NCBI RefSeq assembly: GCF_009914755.1
Contig: NC_060946.1
Direction: 5' to 3' (one strand)
DNA from: the human T2T-CHM13v2.0 reference genome, Homo sapiens
DNA length: 64,000 nucleotides
The position numbers were made by a program, and so were the translations under genes. A model generated the notes under the pieces. That model was not told where the DNA came from and searched no databases. It was given only the letters and a program-made list of their open reading frames with translations. Below are positions 1 through 35,050 of the stretch, in pieces. How positions within the stretch are numbered: position 1 is the first letter of the stretch; every line of letters starts with the position of its first letter.

Positions 1-1510
1 TGTGTATGCATGGTGTGTGCACGTGTGCATTGTGTGTGCACGATTGCATTGTGTGGTGTGTATGCATGGTGTGTGCACCTGTGCATTGTGTGTGTGCATG
101 CGTGGTGGGTATGTATGGTGTGTGCACGTGTGATCATGCATGTATGGTGTGTATGCATGGTGTGCGCATCTGTGCATTGTGTGTGGATGCATGTGTGGTG
201 TGTATGCATGGTGTGCACGTGCATTGTGCATGCGTGGTGTATGCATGGTAATGTGCACGTGTGCACTGTGTGTGGTATGTATGCATGGTGTGTGCACGTG
301 TGCACTGTGTGTATGCATGGTGTGTGCACGTGTGCACTGTGTGTGGTGTGTATTCATGGTGTGTGCACGTGTGCACTGTGTGTATGCATGGTAATGTGCA
401 CGCATGCACTGTGTGTATGCACGGTAATGTGCACGTGTGCACTGTGTGTGGTGTGTATGCATGGTGTGTGCACGTGTGCACTGTGTATGCATGGTAATGT
501 GCACGCGTGCACTGTGTGTATGCATGGTAACGTACACGTGTGCACTGTGTGTGGTGTGCATGCATGGTGTGTGCACGTGTGCACTGTGTATGCATGGTAA
601 TGTGCACGTGTGCACTGTGTGTGGTGTGTATGCATGGTGTGTGCACGTGTGCACTGTGTGTGGTGTGTATGCATGGTGTGTGCACATGTGCACTGTGTGG
701 TGTGTATGCATGGTGTGTGCACGTGTGCACTGTGTATGCATGGTGTGTGCATGTGTGCACTGTATGCATAGTGTGCACGTGTGCACTGTGTGTGGATGCA
801 TGGTAATGTGCACGTGTGCACTGTGTGTGGTGTGTATGCATGGTGTGTGCACGTGTGCACGGTGTGTGGTGTGTATGCATGGTGTGTGCACATGTGCACT
901 GTGTATGCATGGTGTGTGCACGTGTGCACTGTGTATGCATGGTGTGTGCACGTGTGCACTGTGTGGTGTGTATGCATGGTGTGTGCACATGTGCACTGTG
1001 TATGCATGGTAATGTGCACGCGTGCACTGTGTGTATGCATGGTAATGTGCACGTGTGCACTGTGTGTGGTGTGTATGCATGGTGTGTGCACGTGTGCACT
1101 GTGTATGCATGGTAATGTGCACGTGTGCACTGTGTGGTGTGTATGCATGGTGTGTGCACGTGTGCACTGTGTATGCATAGTGTGTGCACGTGTGCACTGT
1201 GTGTGGATGCATGGTAATGTGCACGTGTGCACTGTGTGTGGTGTGTATGCATGGTGTGTGCACGTGTGCACGGTGTGTGGTGTGTATGCATGGTGTGTGC
1301 ACGTGTGCACTGTGTATGCATAGTGTGTGCACGTGTGCACTGTGTGTGGATGCATGGTAATGTGCACGTGTGCACTGTGTGTGGTGTGTATGCATGGTGT
1401 GTGCACGTGTGCACGGTGTGTGGTGTGTATGCATGGTGTGTGCACGTGTGCACTGTGTGCATGCGTGTGTGGTGTGTGTGCATGTATGCATGGTGTGTGC
1501 ATACGTGTGC
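1..1510. repeat. (TG)-rich compound minisatellite (units of GTGTGCACGTGTGCACTGT / GTATGCATGGT)
   Basis: Visible tandem array downstream of the ALG12 3' end; source of the C/V/M/H-rich ORFs. Confidence 0.95.
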
Positions 1511-1717
1511 AGCAGCACCTGGTCCCATCTCCAGTGCCCAGCAGCATCACACGCACTTTGGTGCTTTATAAATGCATGGTCAGTGAGGCTGACAGCACCA
1601 AGCTGTCCCTTTACCATAACACCTGGAATAGTCACCTGTGATAAGCTATCACATAGGAAACATTTTTAAAATTTCATTCTCATTATTTTCTGTAATCTTG
1701 AGAGGTTCCAATCAACA

Positions 1718-1723
1718 TTTATT
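1718..1723 (-). terminator. ALG12 polyadenylation signal AATAAA
   Basis: TTTATT on plus strand, ~600 nt past the ALG12 stop, in an AT-rich patch. Confidence 0.75.
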
Positions 1724-2319
1724 GCCTTATTCTTTTTATCTCATTCCTTTTTGAATGTGTTTATCTCCTAAGATTTTATCTGTGATGGAGATGGGATGCC
1801 TGTGAATACAAAAGTTGCAGTGGTGGCACCAGGGTGGGGGGGTGCGGCCGGGGCCACCATGGTCTCCCCTGAGAGGGGGTGCTGTCTTAGGTGCCCCAAG
1901 AGGCCCTCGGGCAGCAAGCGTGGGGTGCTGCCAAAATACAGCTCCCCCTGGGTGGGCAGGACACACGTGGCCTCCTGGCAGACAGGTGCCTGGGTGAGCC
2001 CGCTGCTCCTGATTAGTCATGAATGGCACCTGGTCTGGGCGACAGTCACCCGCAGGAAGCCCTGAGCTGGCCACCATCACCCTGGGCAGTGGCTCCCGGG
2101 GTGCCAACAAGACCTGGGCCCCTCGTTCTTTGGTGCTGAGAGCCCCAGCTGAGGCTGTGGAGGAGGCCCTGGACCTGGTCTGGTGTCTGTCAGAGGCAGG
2201 TGCCCAGTCCTTTGACTTGCTTCTCTGAATTGTCATAATTGTGCTGGAATTGTGCCAGAAACTGGTAGTGATAACAGCTCCTGGAAGGCCTGTGGCTGCT
2301 GAGGGCTGCCTGGTCCCCC

Positions 2320-12256
<9,937 letters not shown>

Positions 12257-13224
12257 TCAGCTTCACGTACCTTCACAGGCCAACAGTGCGAGACACCAGC
12301 CGTTAGCACTGCCACTCCACGCATGCTGGAAAAGTGGAAACAGATTCCTGAGGTTCGAAAGTCACGCTTGCGCTCACGTTTGGGAGATCCGGGTAAAGGG
12401 TTAGCAGAATTCTCTGAACTACTGTCTTAGTCGCACTACTACAAATCTGAAAACGCATCAAGATGGAAAGTTTGGAGAAAAAATCACACTTGAGAATCTT
12501 TCATACTGTAACCAGTGATCTGACACTTCCAGCTCTGTGAATGTTTTTCTAGGCAGAAGGATCTCAGTCGCAGAACCCTGAGTCTGACCAGGCCTGGGCC
12601 ACGAGGGCAATGGAGGGTGGTAAATGGCCCCTGCCCCCCAGTCTAAATCTGGCAGGAGAGTCAGCAAAACCCAGGCTTGGCCCCGAGGGAACCGGCTGAA
12701 GAAGACGGAATGGGAGGCTGAGGGGTGCCAGTTAGCTGGGTGGGAGGCACCAAGCTGGAGAGTGGTGGACAGGGGCCCCGGGAGGGCAAGAAACTGAACG
12801 TAGTACAGCTGCTGGGACACAGGGCTCGAGTGGCCAGCAAAGCCCCCGCTCCCAGGAATGGTGGGATGGGGCTGTGGACGCCTGCGCCGAACCCCACCCT
12901 GGGGGCTGGGAGAAGCCATGGCCGGCTTTCCCAAAGGTGGCACCACACTGGCCATGAGCCTGCATGTGAGCCTGGGAAGACTGGCAATGGGTCCCCCAAA
13001 CACTAACAGGACAACCTCAGGGGCCCGTGGCACGGAGCTTCCTGAGAGGCCAGCAACATGTCCAGCTGCTACACGTGAGAGACCAAGGGAGGGGAGGGGG
13101 CAAACTCTTCACGTTTCTGGCTTCTTTTAAAACAGATTTGATTTTATTCAATCCAAACCAGAAGGGCCAGAAGCAAAGGGAGAGAGAACCCCAGGGCTTA
13201 CCATTTATTAAAACTACTTTAAAA

Positions 13225-16157
<2,933 letters not shown>

Positions 16158-16391
16158 AGAAAAGAAACTGGTCAAATCAGATGTTACTTTTTTTTTTTTT
16201 AAATGTGCAGTGTTATCTGCACTCCTTCCTTCCACAGGCAGGAGTTCTCTGAAATCCAGACGCTGCACGTTTTATTTCCCCTAATTTAAACCAGGGGTTC
16301 CTGAACATGAGCGAGTGTTCATCACCTCAAGCGCCTGTAGAAATGCAGATCCCCAGCCCCCAGAGACCCTAAGTGGACCCCAGATCCCCAG

Positions 16392-16598
16392 CCCCCAGGT
16401 GAAAAACCCATCCCCCAGGTGGGAGGTCCGGCCCCAGGTGAGGAGCCCGGCCCCAGGTGAGAGGTCCAGCCCCAGGTGAGAGGTCGGGCCCCCGGATGAG
16501 AGGTCCGGCCCCCGGGTGAGAGGTCTGGCCCCCAGGTGACAGGTCCAGCCCCAGGTGAGGAGCCCGGCCCCAAGTGAGGGGTGCAGCCCCAGGTAAGG
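16392..16598. repeat. ~19-20-bp VNTR (CCCCAGGTGAGAGGTCCGG) in ALG12 intron 1
   Basis: Visible tandem array. Confidence 0.85.
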
Positions 16599-16744
16599 AG
16601 CACGGGGCTGTGACGCGTGGACATGCGCGGTGAGGCCTCAGGAATCCAGCGCCAGCGCCAGCTCGGGTCGCGCCCTCGCCCGCCTCCTCCCTGGTCTCGC
16701 CGCGCGCCCGCCTGAAGGCCCCGGTCGCGGCAGCGCGCACTGAC

Positions 16745-16925
16745 CTCCGCAGCTCCCGGCGGCGTCCTTCGAAGCGCGGCTGCCTGGGCCAGCCTCGGCA
16801 GGAAGCAGGACGGCGGAAACAGAACAGAGCCCGAATCTAAAGTCCTTGCCCAAATCTAAAGTGGCTACCGCAGCCCCGGCCGCTACGGCCGCAGAGACCC
16901 TCTGTGCCCTGAGTAAAGATGGCCG
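16745..16925 (-). other. ALG12: ALG12 non-coding exon 1 (5' end approximate); splices to exon 2 acceptor at 12325
   Basis: Donor GAG|GTCAGT at 16745/16744; acceptor TTTCCAG|CATGC at 12326/12325; lies in the CpG island. Confidence 0.8.
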
Positions 16926-17035
16926 CCGCGGGCTGCGCGCGAGGGGCGGGGAGCGGGAGGCGGGGTCGGACCTGCACGCCCCGCCCCCGGACTCCTGGCG
17001 GCCGCTGATCCGGGGCCTTCCCATTGGTCACCTCT

Positions 17036-17054
17036 CGTGGCGAACTCGGATTGG
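17036..17054 (-). promoter_or_regulatory. ER stress response element (ERSE, CCAAT-N9-CCACG; NF-Y/ATF6)
   Basis: Plus strand CGTGG-cgaactcgg-ATTGG is an exact reverse ERSE; CRELD2 is an established ATF6 target. Confidence 0.9.
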
Positions 17055-17251
17055 GCCATATCAGGCCGGGGCGGGTCCCATCAACCAATAGCGGCGCGGG
17101 GCTGGCGGGTGGGGCGGGGCCTCGCCGGCGCCGTCAAGTAGCCTGGGGGACAGGCCGGCGCGGCTGGGAGCGGGTGGGCGGCCGGGAGGCCGGAGCAGCA
17201 CGGCCGCAGGACCTGGAGCTCCGGCTGCGTCTTCCCGCAGCGCTACCCGCC

Positions 17252-25968
<8,717 letters not shown>

Positions 25969-26165
25969 TGTGCCGGACTTACCCTTTAAATTATTCAGAA
26001 GGATGTCCCGTGGAAAATGTGGCCCTGAGGATGCCGTCTCCTGCAGTGGACAGCGGCGGGGAGAGGCTGCCTGCTCTCTAACGGTTGATTCTCATTTGTC
26101 CCTTAAACAGCTGCATTTCTTGGTTGTTCTTAAACAGACTTGTATATTTTGATACAGTTCTTTGT

Positions 26166-26171
26166 AATAAA
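26166..26171 (+). terminator. CRELD2 polyadenylation signal AATAAA
   Basis: AATAAA ~200 nt after the TAA, with U-rich sequence upstream. Confidence 0.85.
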
Positions 26172-27799
26172 ATTGACCATTGTAGGTAATCAGGAGGAGA
26201 ACGGGCGTGGGTTTGTCTCATTAATCAGGACGGACCTTTACCACTGAGTTTGCACCTGTCCTGCCAGAGCCGGGAGTGACCAGGGCTGCCGAGGTCCGCA
26301 GAGGCAGCAGGTCCGGTCCTGGGCTGGTGGCTCTGCTGTCCCTGAACAGGGCTCACGTGCCGCTTGGGGGAGGAGGGGAGGGCCCTGCCTTGGGCGAGAA
26401 CCTGAAGACGTGACCAGGTGGGTTTCAGGGGTCCAACCTATGGGCCCTCTTCAGTGATTCAAAGGATGTACAAGCAGGGACCCTCAGGCAGGGGAAAAGC
26501 ATCTTTGGGGGCTTCGCTGGAGGAAACAGCCACTCACAAACCGCAGGGCCTGCCCGTTCCTCATCTGGGAATGAAGACACTGCAAGAAGAAAGCTGGCTG
26601 CGGGTGAGAGGCTGCAGGCTCTGGGAGCTCCGTTCCGGGGGGCCATGGCCTCCTCCCTGGGCTCCTCATAGCCCCCAAGTCCCACTTGGCCTGGTCCCCA
26701 CCACCCACTCCTCAGTCACGCCGCCCCTCCTGTCGCCTCCCCGCGCCACCCCGCCGATGCCGCCAGTGGTAGGTGGCTGTCCTGCTCCTGCCCTGGCCCC
26801 CCCTTCCCAGGCCGTGCACCATCCTGGCACTACTGACCTCCATGTCCACACTGTTCTGTACCCACGAACCCCATCTCAGTGCACCTATGCTCACTGGGCC
26901 CCAGGTGGTCACGCTTACCTGGGTATTGGAAGAGCCCCTGTGGTAGGACTCTGCCCCGTGGGTCCCCGGCCCGCAGAGGCAGCCACAGCCCACTTGGGCA
27001 GGCTGAGTGGTGCCTGGCCCTGCATCTCGCCTCTGGCTCTTCCTGAGTCAGTTGCACTCAGCAGCCTCACGGCCTCTCCCTTTCTCCCTCTAACCCTAGG
27101 CCAGGGTGCCCCAAATCCCTAGAGGGGGCACAGCTCAGCTTAGGCGAGGTGGGGGCTGCTCTTGTCCACTTCAGCCCTCTCAGGCAGTTTCCGCTTCATG
27201 TGCTGATGGGACCACCTAGAGATGAGGTCCTGACGGTGCAGACCAAGGGCAGAGGCCAGAGGGGCGGGGGCTGGGTGGGCCCTTGGGGGGCTCAGAAAGT
27301 GGGATCAGAGCATGGTGGAGAGTCCACAGGGATGGCCGTGGAAAGAAGTAGGGAAACACCAGCTGAGTCCCTGGGGGGCCGAGCACCTGAGTCTCCCGTG
27401 GGAGGGTGGAGCCACCCACGGGTGGGTGGGAACTAGGCGACCCCAGCGGGAAGCCCAGAAGGCAGGCCTTGTCCCTGGGGGGTACCTGGGGGAGGAAGAG
27501 AGGGCGTAGCCAGGGAAGAGGACGCCCCAGGGGAGAAGAGGAGCCAGGCAGGGGCTGGCCCAGGGCCACCTTGTGCACCCTCACGTGCATGGACAGCGGC
27601 GGTACAGGCGCCTCCCATGTCCCGCGCGTCCCTGCCCGGCTCAGACCTGCGGAGCCGCCGTTGATCAGGTGGGACCGCGGCCAGGTCTGGGACCCCCGCC
27701 CCATCTTCCAGCCGGGACCTCTGTCCTGCTCCTGCCCTGGCCCCCCCTTCCCAGGCTGTGCACCGTCCTGGCACTACTGACCCGCACGTCCACGCTGGA

Positions 27800-28460
27800 G
27801 ACGGCGACCCTCCTGGGCCCGGGGAGTCGAGGACGGGAGGTGTACAGGACAGGGGCCGCGGTTCCGGACGTTGGGAGCAGGACCCCGGGCGCGCATATCC
27901 ACTTTGTCGCCAGTGAACGCTAGGGAGTCCTCGGAGGGGGGTCGGGGCCAGGCCAGGAGAGGTGCCCGCGGGACACGGGGGACGGGGACTGGGGGGGGCG
28001 GTTGAGCAGGAATGGGGGACGACCCCGCAAGACCCTGCGGCAGGGCCGAGGCGAGGGCGCAGGCAGGGTCCTTGGAACCGCGGGGCTGGGGTCCACCTGC
28101 CCGGGTGCTCGAGGGGCGCCTGCGGGGCTGGGGCTGGGGCTGGGGCTGGGGCCGGGACCGGGAGCGCCGCCTCCTGGGGGGGCTCTGATCCGCCCCTCCC
28201 CACGCGGCGCCGCCCGCGCCCCGCCCGCTCCCGCCGGACACAGCGGACCCTGCCTCGGATCGCGACCCCTGCCCGGGCCCAGCAGGTGGACCGCGAGGCC
28301 GCGCGAGGTACCGCCCCTCGGAGCCGCCCGGCCTGGGTCGGGGACCGGGACGCGCGCGGCCAGCAGGTGGCGCTGTGGGACCGCCCTGCTCGGCCCGGCT
28401 CCCGGGACTCGGCCGGCCCCTGCCCGCTGCACCTGCCCCGTCACACCTCGGCGCTGCCGG
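27800..28460. promoter_or_regulatory. Orphan CpG island with CTCF-like motif
   Basis: CpG-dense; GGCCAGCAGGTGGCGCTG at 28358-28375. Confidence 0.65.
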
Positions 28461-28826
28461 GGCGTCTTTCTAAAAGGGGAACTTGGAAGGGGGAGGTTGG
28501 GGTGAACTGTGGACCTCCGCTGTCCTTCTGGGCCCAGGCAGAGACCCTGCCATAGCCCTGGGGGAGTCCCACCCTCTGGGAGCCAGGACTGGGGTCTGCA
28601 GGGCCGAGAGGGCCTCCACTTTGGTTCCCAGACCCCGGCATCTTGCTTTGGCACATACGCAGGTCCTGGAGATGGCTTCCATCCCCACAGGGCACTCCTT
28701 GTCAGGCTAGAAGCTTCTAGAAGTGCCCCCTGGTCAAGCCCACCCCTGGCTTTGCTGTAAACGCGTCCCTTGGTCGAATGCAACAGACAGTGGGCGGGAT
28801 CCGCAGGATGAGACGTTCTGTGAGCC

Positions 28827-28990
28827 AGCGGTTCTCAACAGGCAGCTGTTGTGTCCTCCAGGGGACAGGGGACCGCCTCTGGAGGTGCTGTGGGTTGTCA
28901 CGACCTGGTGAGGAGTGCTTCTGCCAGGGCACAGGACACCCTGCCACAGAGGATGGCCCCCACCAGAGGACAAGCCAGCTCCCGCTGCCA
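28827..28990 (+). mobile_element. MER20-like DNA transposon fragment
   Basis: CAGCGGTTCTCAAC...CCAGGGGACA...GGTTGTCACGAC. Confidence 0.6.
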
Positions 28991-29099
28991 CCAAGGCAGA
29001 CAGATGCTCACAGCAGTCCCTGGACAGGGGCCTGGACCTCAGCCAAGGCATGTTAGACAGGGAGGCGGCCATGGTGTGAACGTGGGTCTGCTCTGGGAA

Positions 29100-31866
<2,767 letters not shown>

Positions 31867-33799
31867 TGACTTTTTATTGGAGCGAGTACCCTTGACCTCC
31901 GCATCACACAACCCTAATATATTTTGCTCCAACAAGCTGAGCAGTCTCTTGTGGGCTGCCTGTCCCTCTCCCAGGAACATGCTGTTCTATCAGCCACCTC
32001 CACAACCCCACGCAGCTCTGACCCTGGGCCCGCTCCAGCCCTGCAACTCATTAGAGAGCTGCCTTCACAGCCACTGATGGTCAAATGCTGCTGCCTGGCC
32101 ATCACCCCCGTCCCTGTCAGCCAGTCCAGTGCTGTGACCGTCCCCTGCTCTCAGTTCCAGAGGACAGCTGGGATCTGTGGTGCCACATGACTTTCAGCCC
32201 CTGTCTGCGGTGGCTGTTCTGACATTCACCCCTCCTCACGTGTGTCCCACACTCCAGGAGCCTCTGGGCCGTGAAACAGAGCAGCAGAGGACACCGCCTC
32301 CTGGGGTCCTAGTCCTCAGAAAAGGGCCCACAACCCGTCAGCTCTCCGCCGTCCACCACATGCAGCTTATCTGGCTGGGCACGGCTTCGGGTCCCGGGCT
32401 CCTTCAGGCTGTGGCCCCTTTGTCACTGGGCCAGCACATCCCCACCAGGATACACTGCAACTTAATCCCAGGAGGGTCTCGGGCAGGTCCTGGGTAATCC
32501 CAGGAGGGTCTCGGGCAGGTCCTGGGGAGCCGGGGCAGGGGGCCGGCCTCTCCCACGGAGGAGGCACGGTTTGGAGACATCCTGTTTCTTCCCAGCCAGC
32601 ACCGAGGCCGGGGCACAGCAGACCCCCGGGGATGGGGTCACCTATTGGTGGCCCCTCTGGTCACTGAGTCTGTGCGTGTTCTCCTGGCCTCTCCATGCAG
32701 CCTTCTGTTGTTTTTCCAGAGCTTCAGGGGCGGGCACCAGCAGCCCCCCGAGGACACTGTTCTCAAGGTTGTGCCCCCTGGACTCTCACCCCAGGCTCAC
32801 CCACCCCAAGAGTGCAGGCCCCTTCCCGTCGCGTCCACCGCCAGTGGTGCCCGCTGGACAGAGTGCCTTTGCCTGTACACCTCCCTGGCGCTGCCTGTCT
32901 GTGGCTGGCTCCAGAGTGGCAGGCGGTCTTGGCGCCTCAGCCATGTCCTCAGCTGACCTGGGGGCTGGGTGAGGTGAGGCACCCTGAGACTTCTTCAGCG
33001 TGCTGAGCTGTGAGGAGGGGGCTGGGCCTTTGGCCACCACAGGATGACTCAAAGGGTGTGGCCTTCAGTGGGGTGCTCTCCTCAGCCTGCCCCTGCTGCT
33101 CCCTCAGCCCCCCGGTCCGGCTCTGTCCCTTTTCAGACTCCCAGACCCCGCAGGCCTGGGGTGGGGACTCTGCCTGCCACCTGGGAAGGGTGGTCGTCAG
33201 TGGGGTGACTCAGGGTGGAGGGCCCTGGCCCAGTGGCCCTGCCCTCCTCCTCATATGCCCGTGACCAGCACGCGGGTGTGGACTGAGCCTGTGCCAGGTG
33301 GGCCCTGGGGGTCGGGGGGCAGAAGGGCCCAGGTCCTGCAGGGGAGTGGGGGGCGGTGCTGGGGCCCAGAAAGGCTTACTGTAATGTGGCTGGTGGGGGC
33401 CACCGGCTCTCAGGCCACACACTCCCCCTCCAGGCCCAGCGCCCCTCCCCGCCTCCCTGGGGCTGCGGTCTTCCCAAACCCCAAGCCGGCTGCTCTGCAC
33501 CAGTGAGGGGCCGGGAGTGGCCTGGCCTGAGGAGGCTGCAGGGCACCCACCTCTCCAGAGACCCCCTCCACCCACTCCCGGGGGATCCTTCTGGAGAGAC
33601 CGTTCCCAGCCGTTGAGCAGGGTCCGCTCTCCCCCCTACCCCGGTCTGGCCTTTGGGAGGATCCCCCCAGAGCCAGGGAGGGGTATCTGGCCCCTCACCC
33701 CTCAAACGGCAGTCCAGGGCCAGCGTCTTTCTGCGCTCACCCACCTGCCTGCGACGGGGCTCTCTGGGCCACAGGGCGGCCACCACTCGAGGGTCACCC

Positions 33800-35050
33800 G
33801 CAAGCCTCGGAGTCCCTGCTCGGAGCGGGGGCTGGTGGTCGCGGTGGGGGTGGGGAGCGGGCACCCACTGGGGATTCACCCCACCCGGGCCCCCCTCCAG
33901 CCTCTGCCCGGCGCCCGGGTCTTCGGTCCGCCCTTTGCAGAGGAAGGACCCCGCCCTGCGCAGAGCGGGCTTGGGGGACCCGGGCGGGCGGCGGGGCGCG
34001 GGGTGGGGCGCGGGGGGCGGTGTTGCTCCCGCGGGCGGGAAGGGCGGGGAGCGGCCCTGCCGGGAAGGGGGCGGTGCCGGAAGCGTCAGCTGGGCTTTCC
34101 CCGGCGGGCGGGGGCGGGGAGCAGATGGGGGCGCTACGAGGAGGTGGGGGGAGGGGACGCAATGGAGGTGCCGGGGGTGCGCTGAAGAGCGAGACTGGGG
34201 CAGGGGGATGAGGGTCTGGGAAGGAGCAGGTGTTGGGGACGGAGGGTGGGGGCGGGGAGTGGGGGCGCGGGGAGGAGCAGGGTGGGGGCGGAGGGGAGGA
34301 TGGGGGTCCGGGAGGAGCAGGGGCGGGGACGGAGGGGAGGGTGGGGGTCCGGGAGGAGCAGGAGTGGAGGCGGAGGGGAGGGTGGGGATGTGGGAGGAGC
34401 AGGGGTGGGGCAAAGGGGAGGGTGGGGGGTTCAGGATGAGCAGGGGTTGGGGCGGAGGGGAGGGTGTGGGGGGTCCAGGAGGAGCAGGGGTAGGGGCGGA
34501 GGGGAGCCTGGGGGTCTGGGAGAAGGAGGGGTGCGGGGTGTGGGGCCTGGGGTGAGCAGGGGTGGGGGCGGAGGGGAGGGTGGGGGTCCGGGAGGAGCAG
34601 GGACGGAGGGGAGGGTGGGGGTCCGGGAGGAGCAGGGACGGAGGGGAGGGTGGAGGTCCGGGAGGAGCAGGGGTGGAGGGTGTGGGGCCTGGGCTGAGCA
34701 TGGGAGGGGACCTGCAGCCCGTGCCCAGCCCCATAGGGACCCGCCCGCGCTCCTCCCCCGCCGCCCCGGCCCCGCGCTCCTCGTCGCTGGGAACCCCCTG
34801 CGGGAGCAATGACGATGAGCAGGACGATGGCTGTGAGGGCCCGGCCCGAGCTCTGGGGCGTGGGCCGGAGCGCGGTTGGCCTTGACCTTCTTGGAAAGCC
34901 CTTGGCGGCAGGTGACTCCGCTTAGTCACGGCCCCGGGGGCGGGGGCTCCCCGAAGGAAAGGAGCCCCCGCGGGAGCAGGCGCAGAATGAGATGCACGAG
35001 CGCCACCGCCGCCGCCGCACACCCCCCGCCCCCCCGGGGTGGAAGCCAGA
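33800..35050. promoter_or_regulatory. Intergenic CpG island flanking a G-rich minisatellite
   Basis: CpG-dense; GC boxes; ETS CCGGAAG at ~34077. Confidence 0.6.
34190..34690. repeat. G-rich degenerate tandem repeat (GGGGTCCGGGAGGAGCAGGGG.GGAGGGGAG)
   Basis: Visible array. Confidence 0.85.

Noticed and set aside
6-1669. Many long Cys/His/Val-rich ORFs (up to 464 aa)
   Set aside because: Translations of the stop-poor TG minisatellite, open in several frames
27780-27920. WAP- or Ig-like peptide resemblance on the minus strand (RPGSC...C...CG; FTGDKV)
   Set aside because: Most diagnostic cysteines/tryptophan are missing and the hints fall in different frames; not supportable as a pseudogene
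33376-35022. 548-aa Pro-rich minus-strand ORF
   Set aside because: Low-complexity product of the G-rich repeat and CpG island; non-ATG start; no domain
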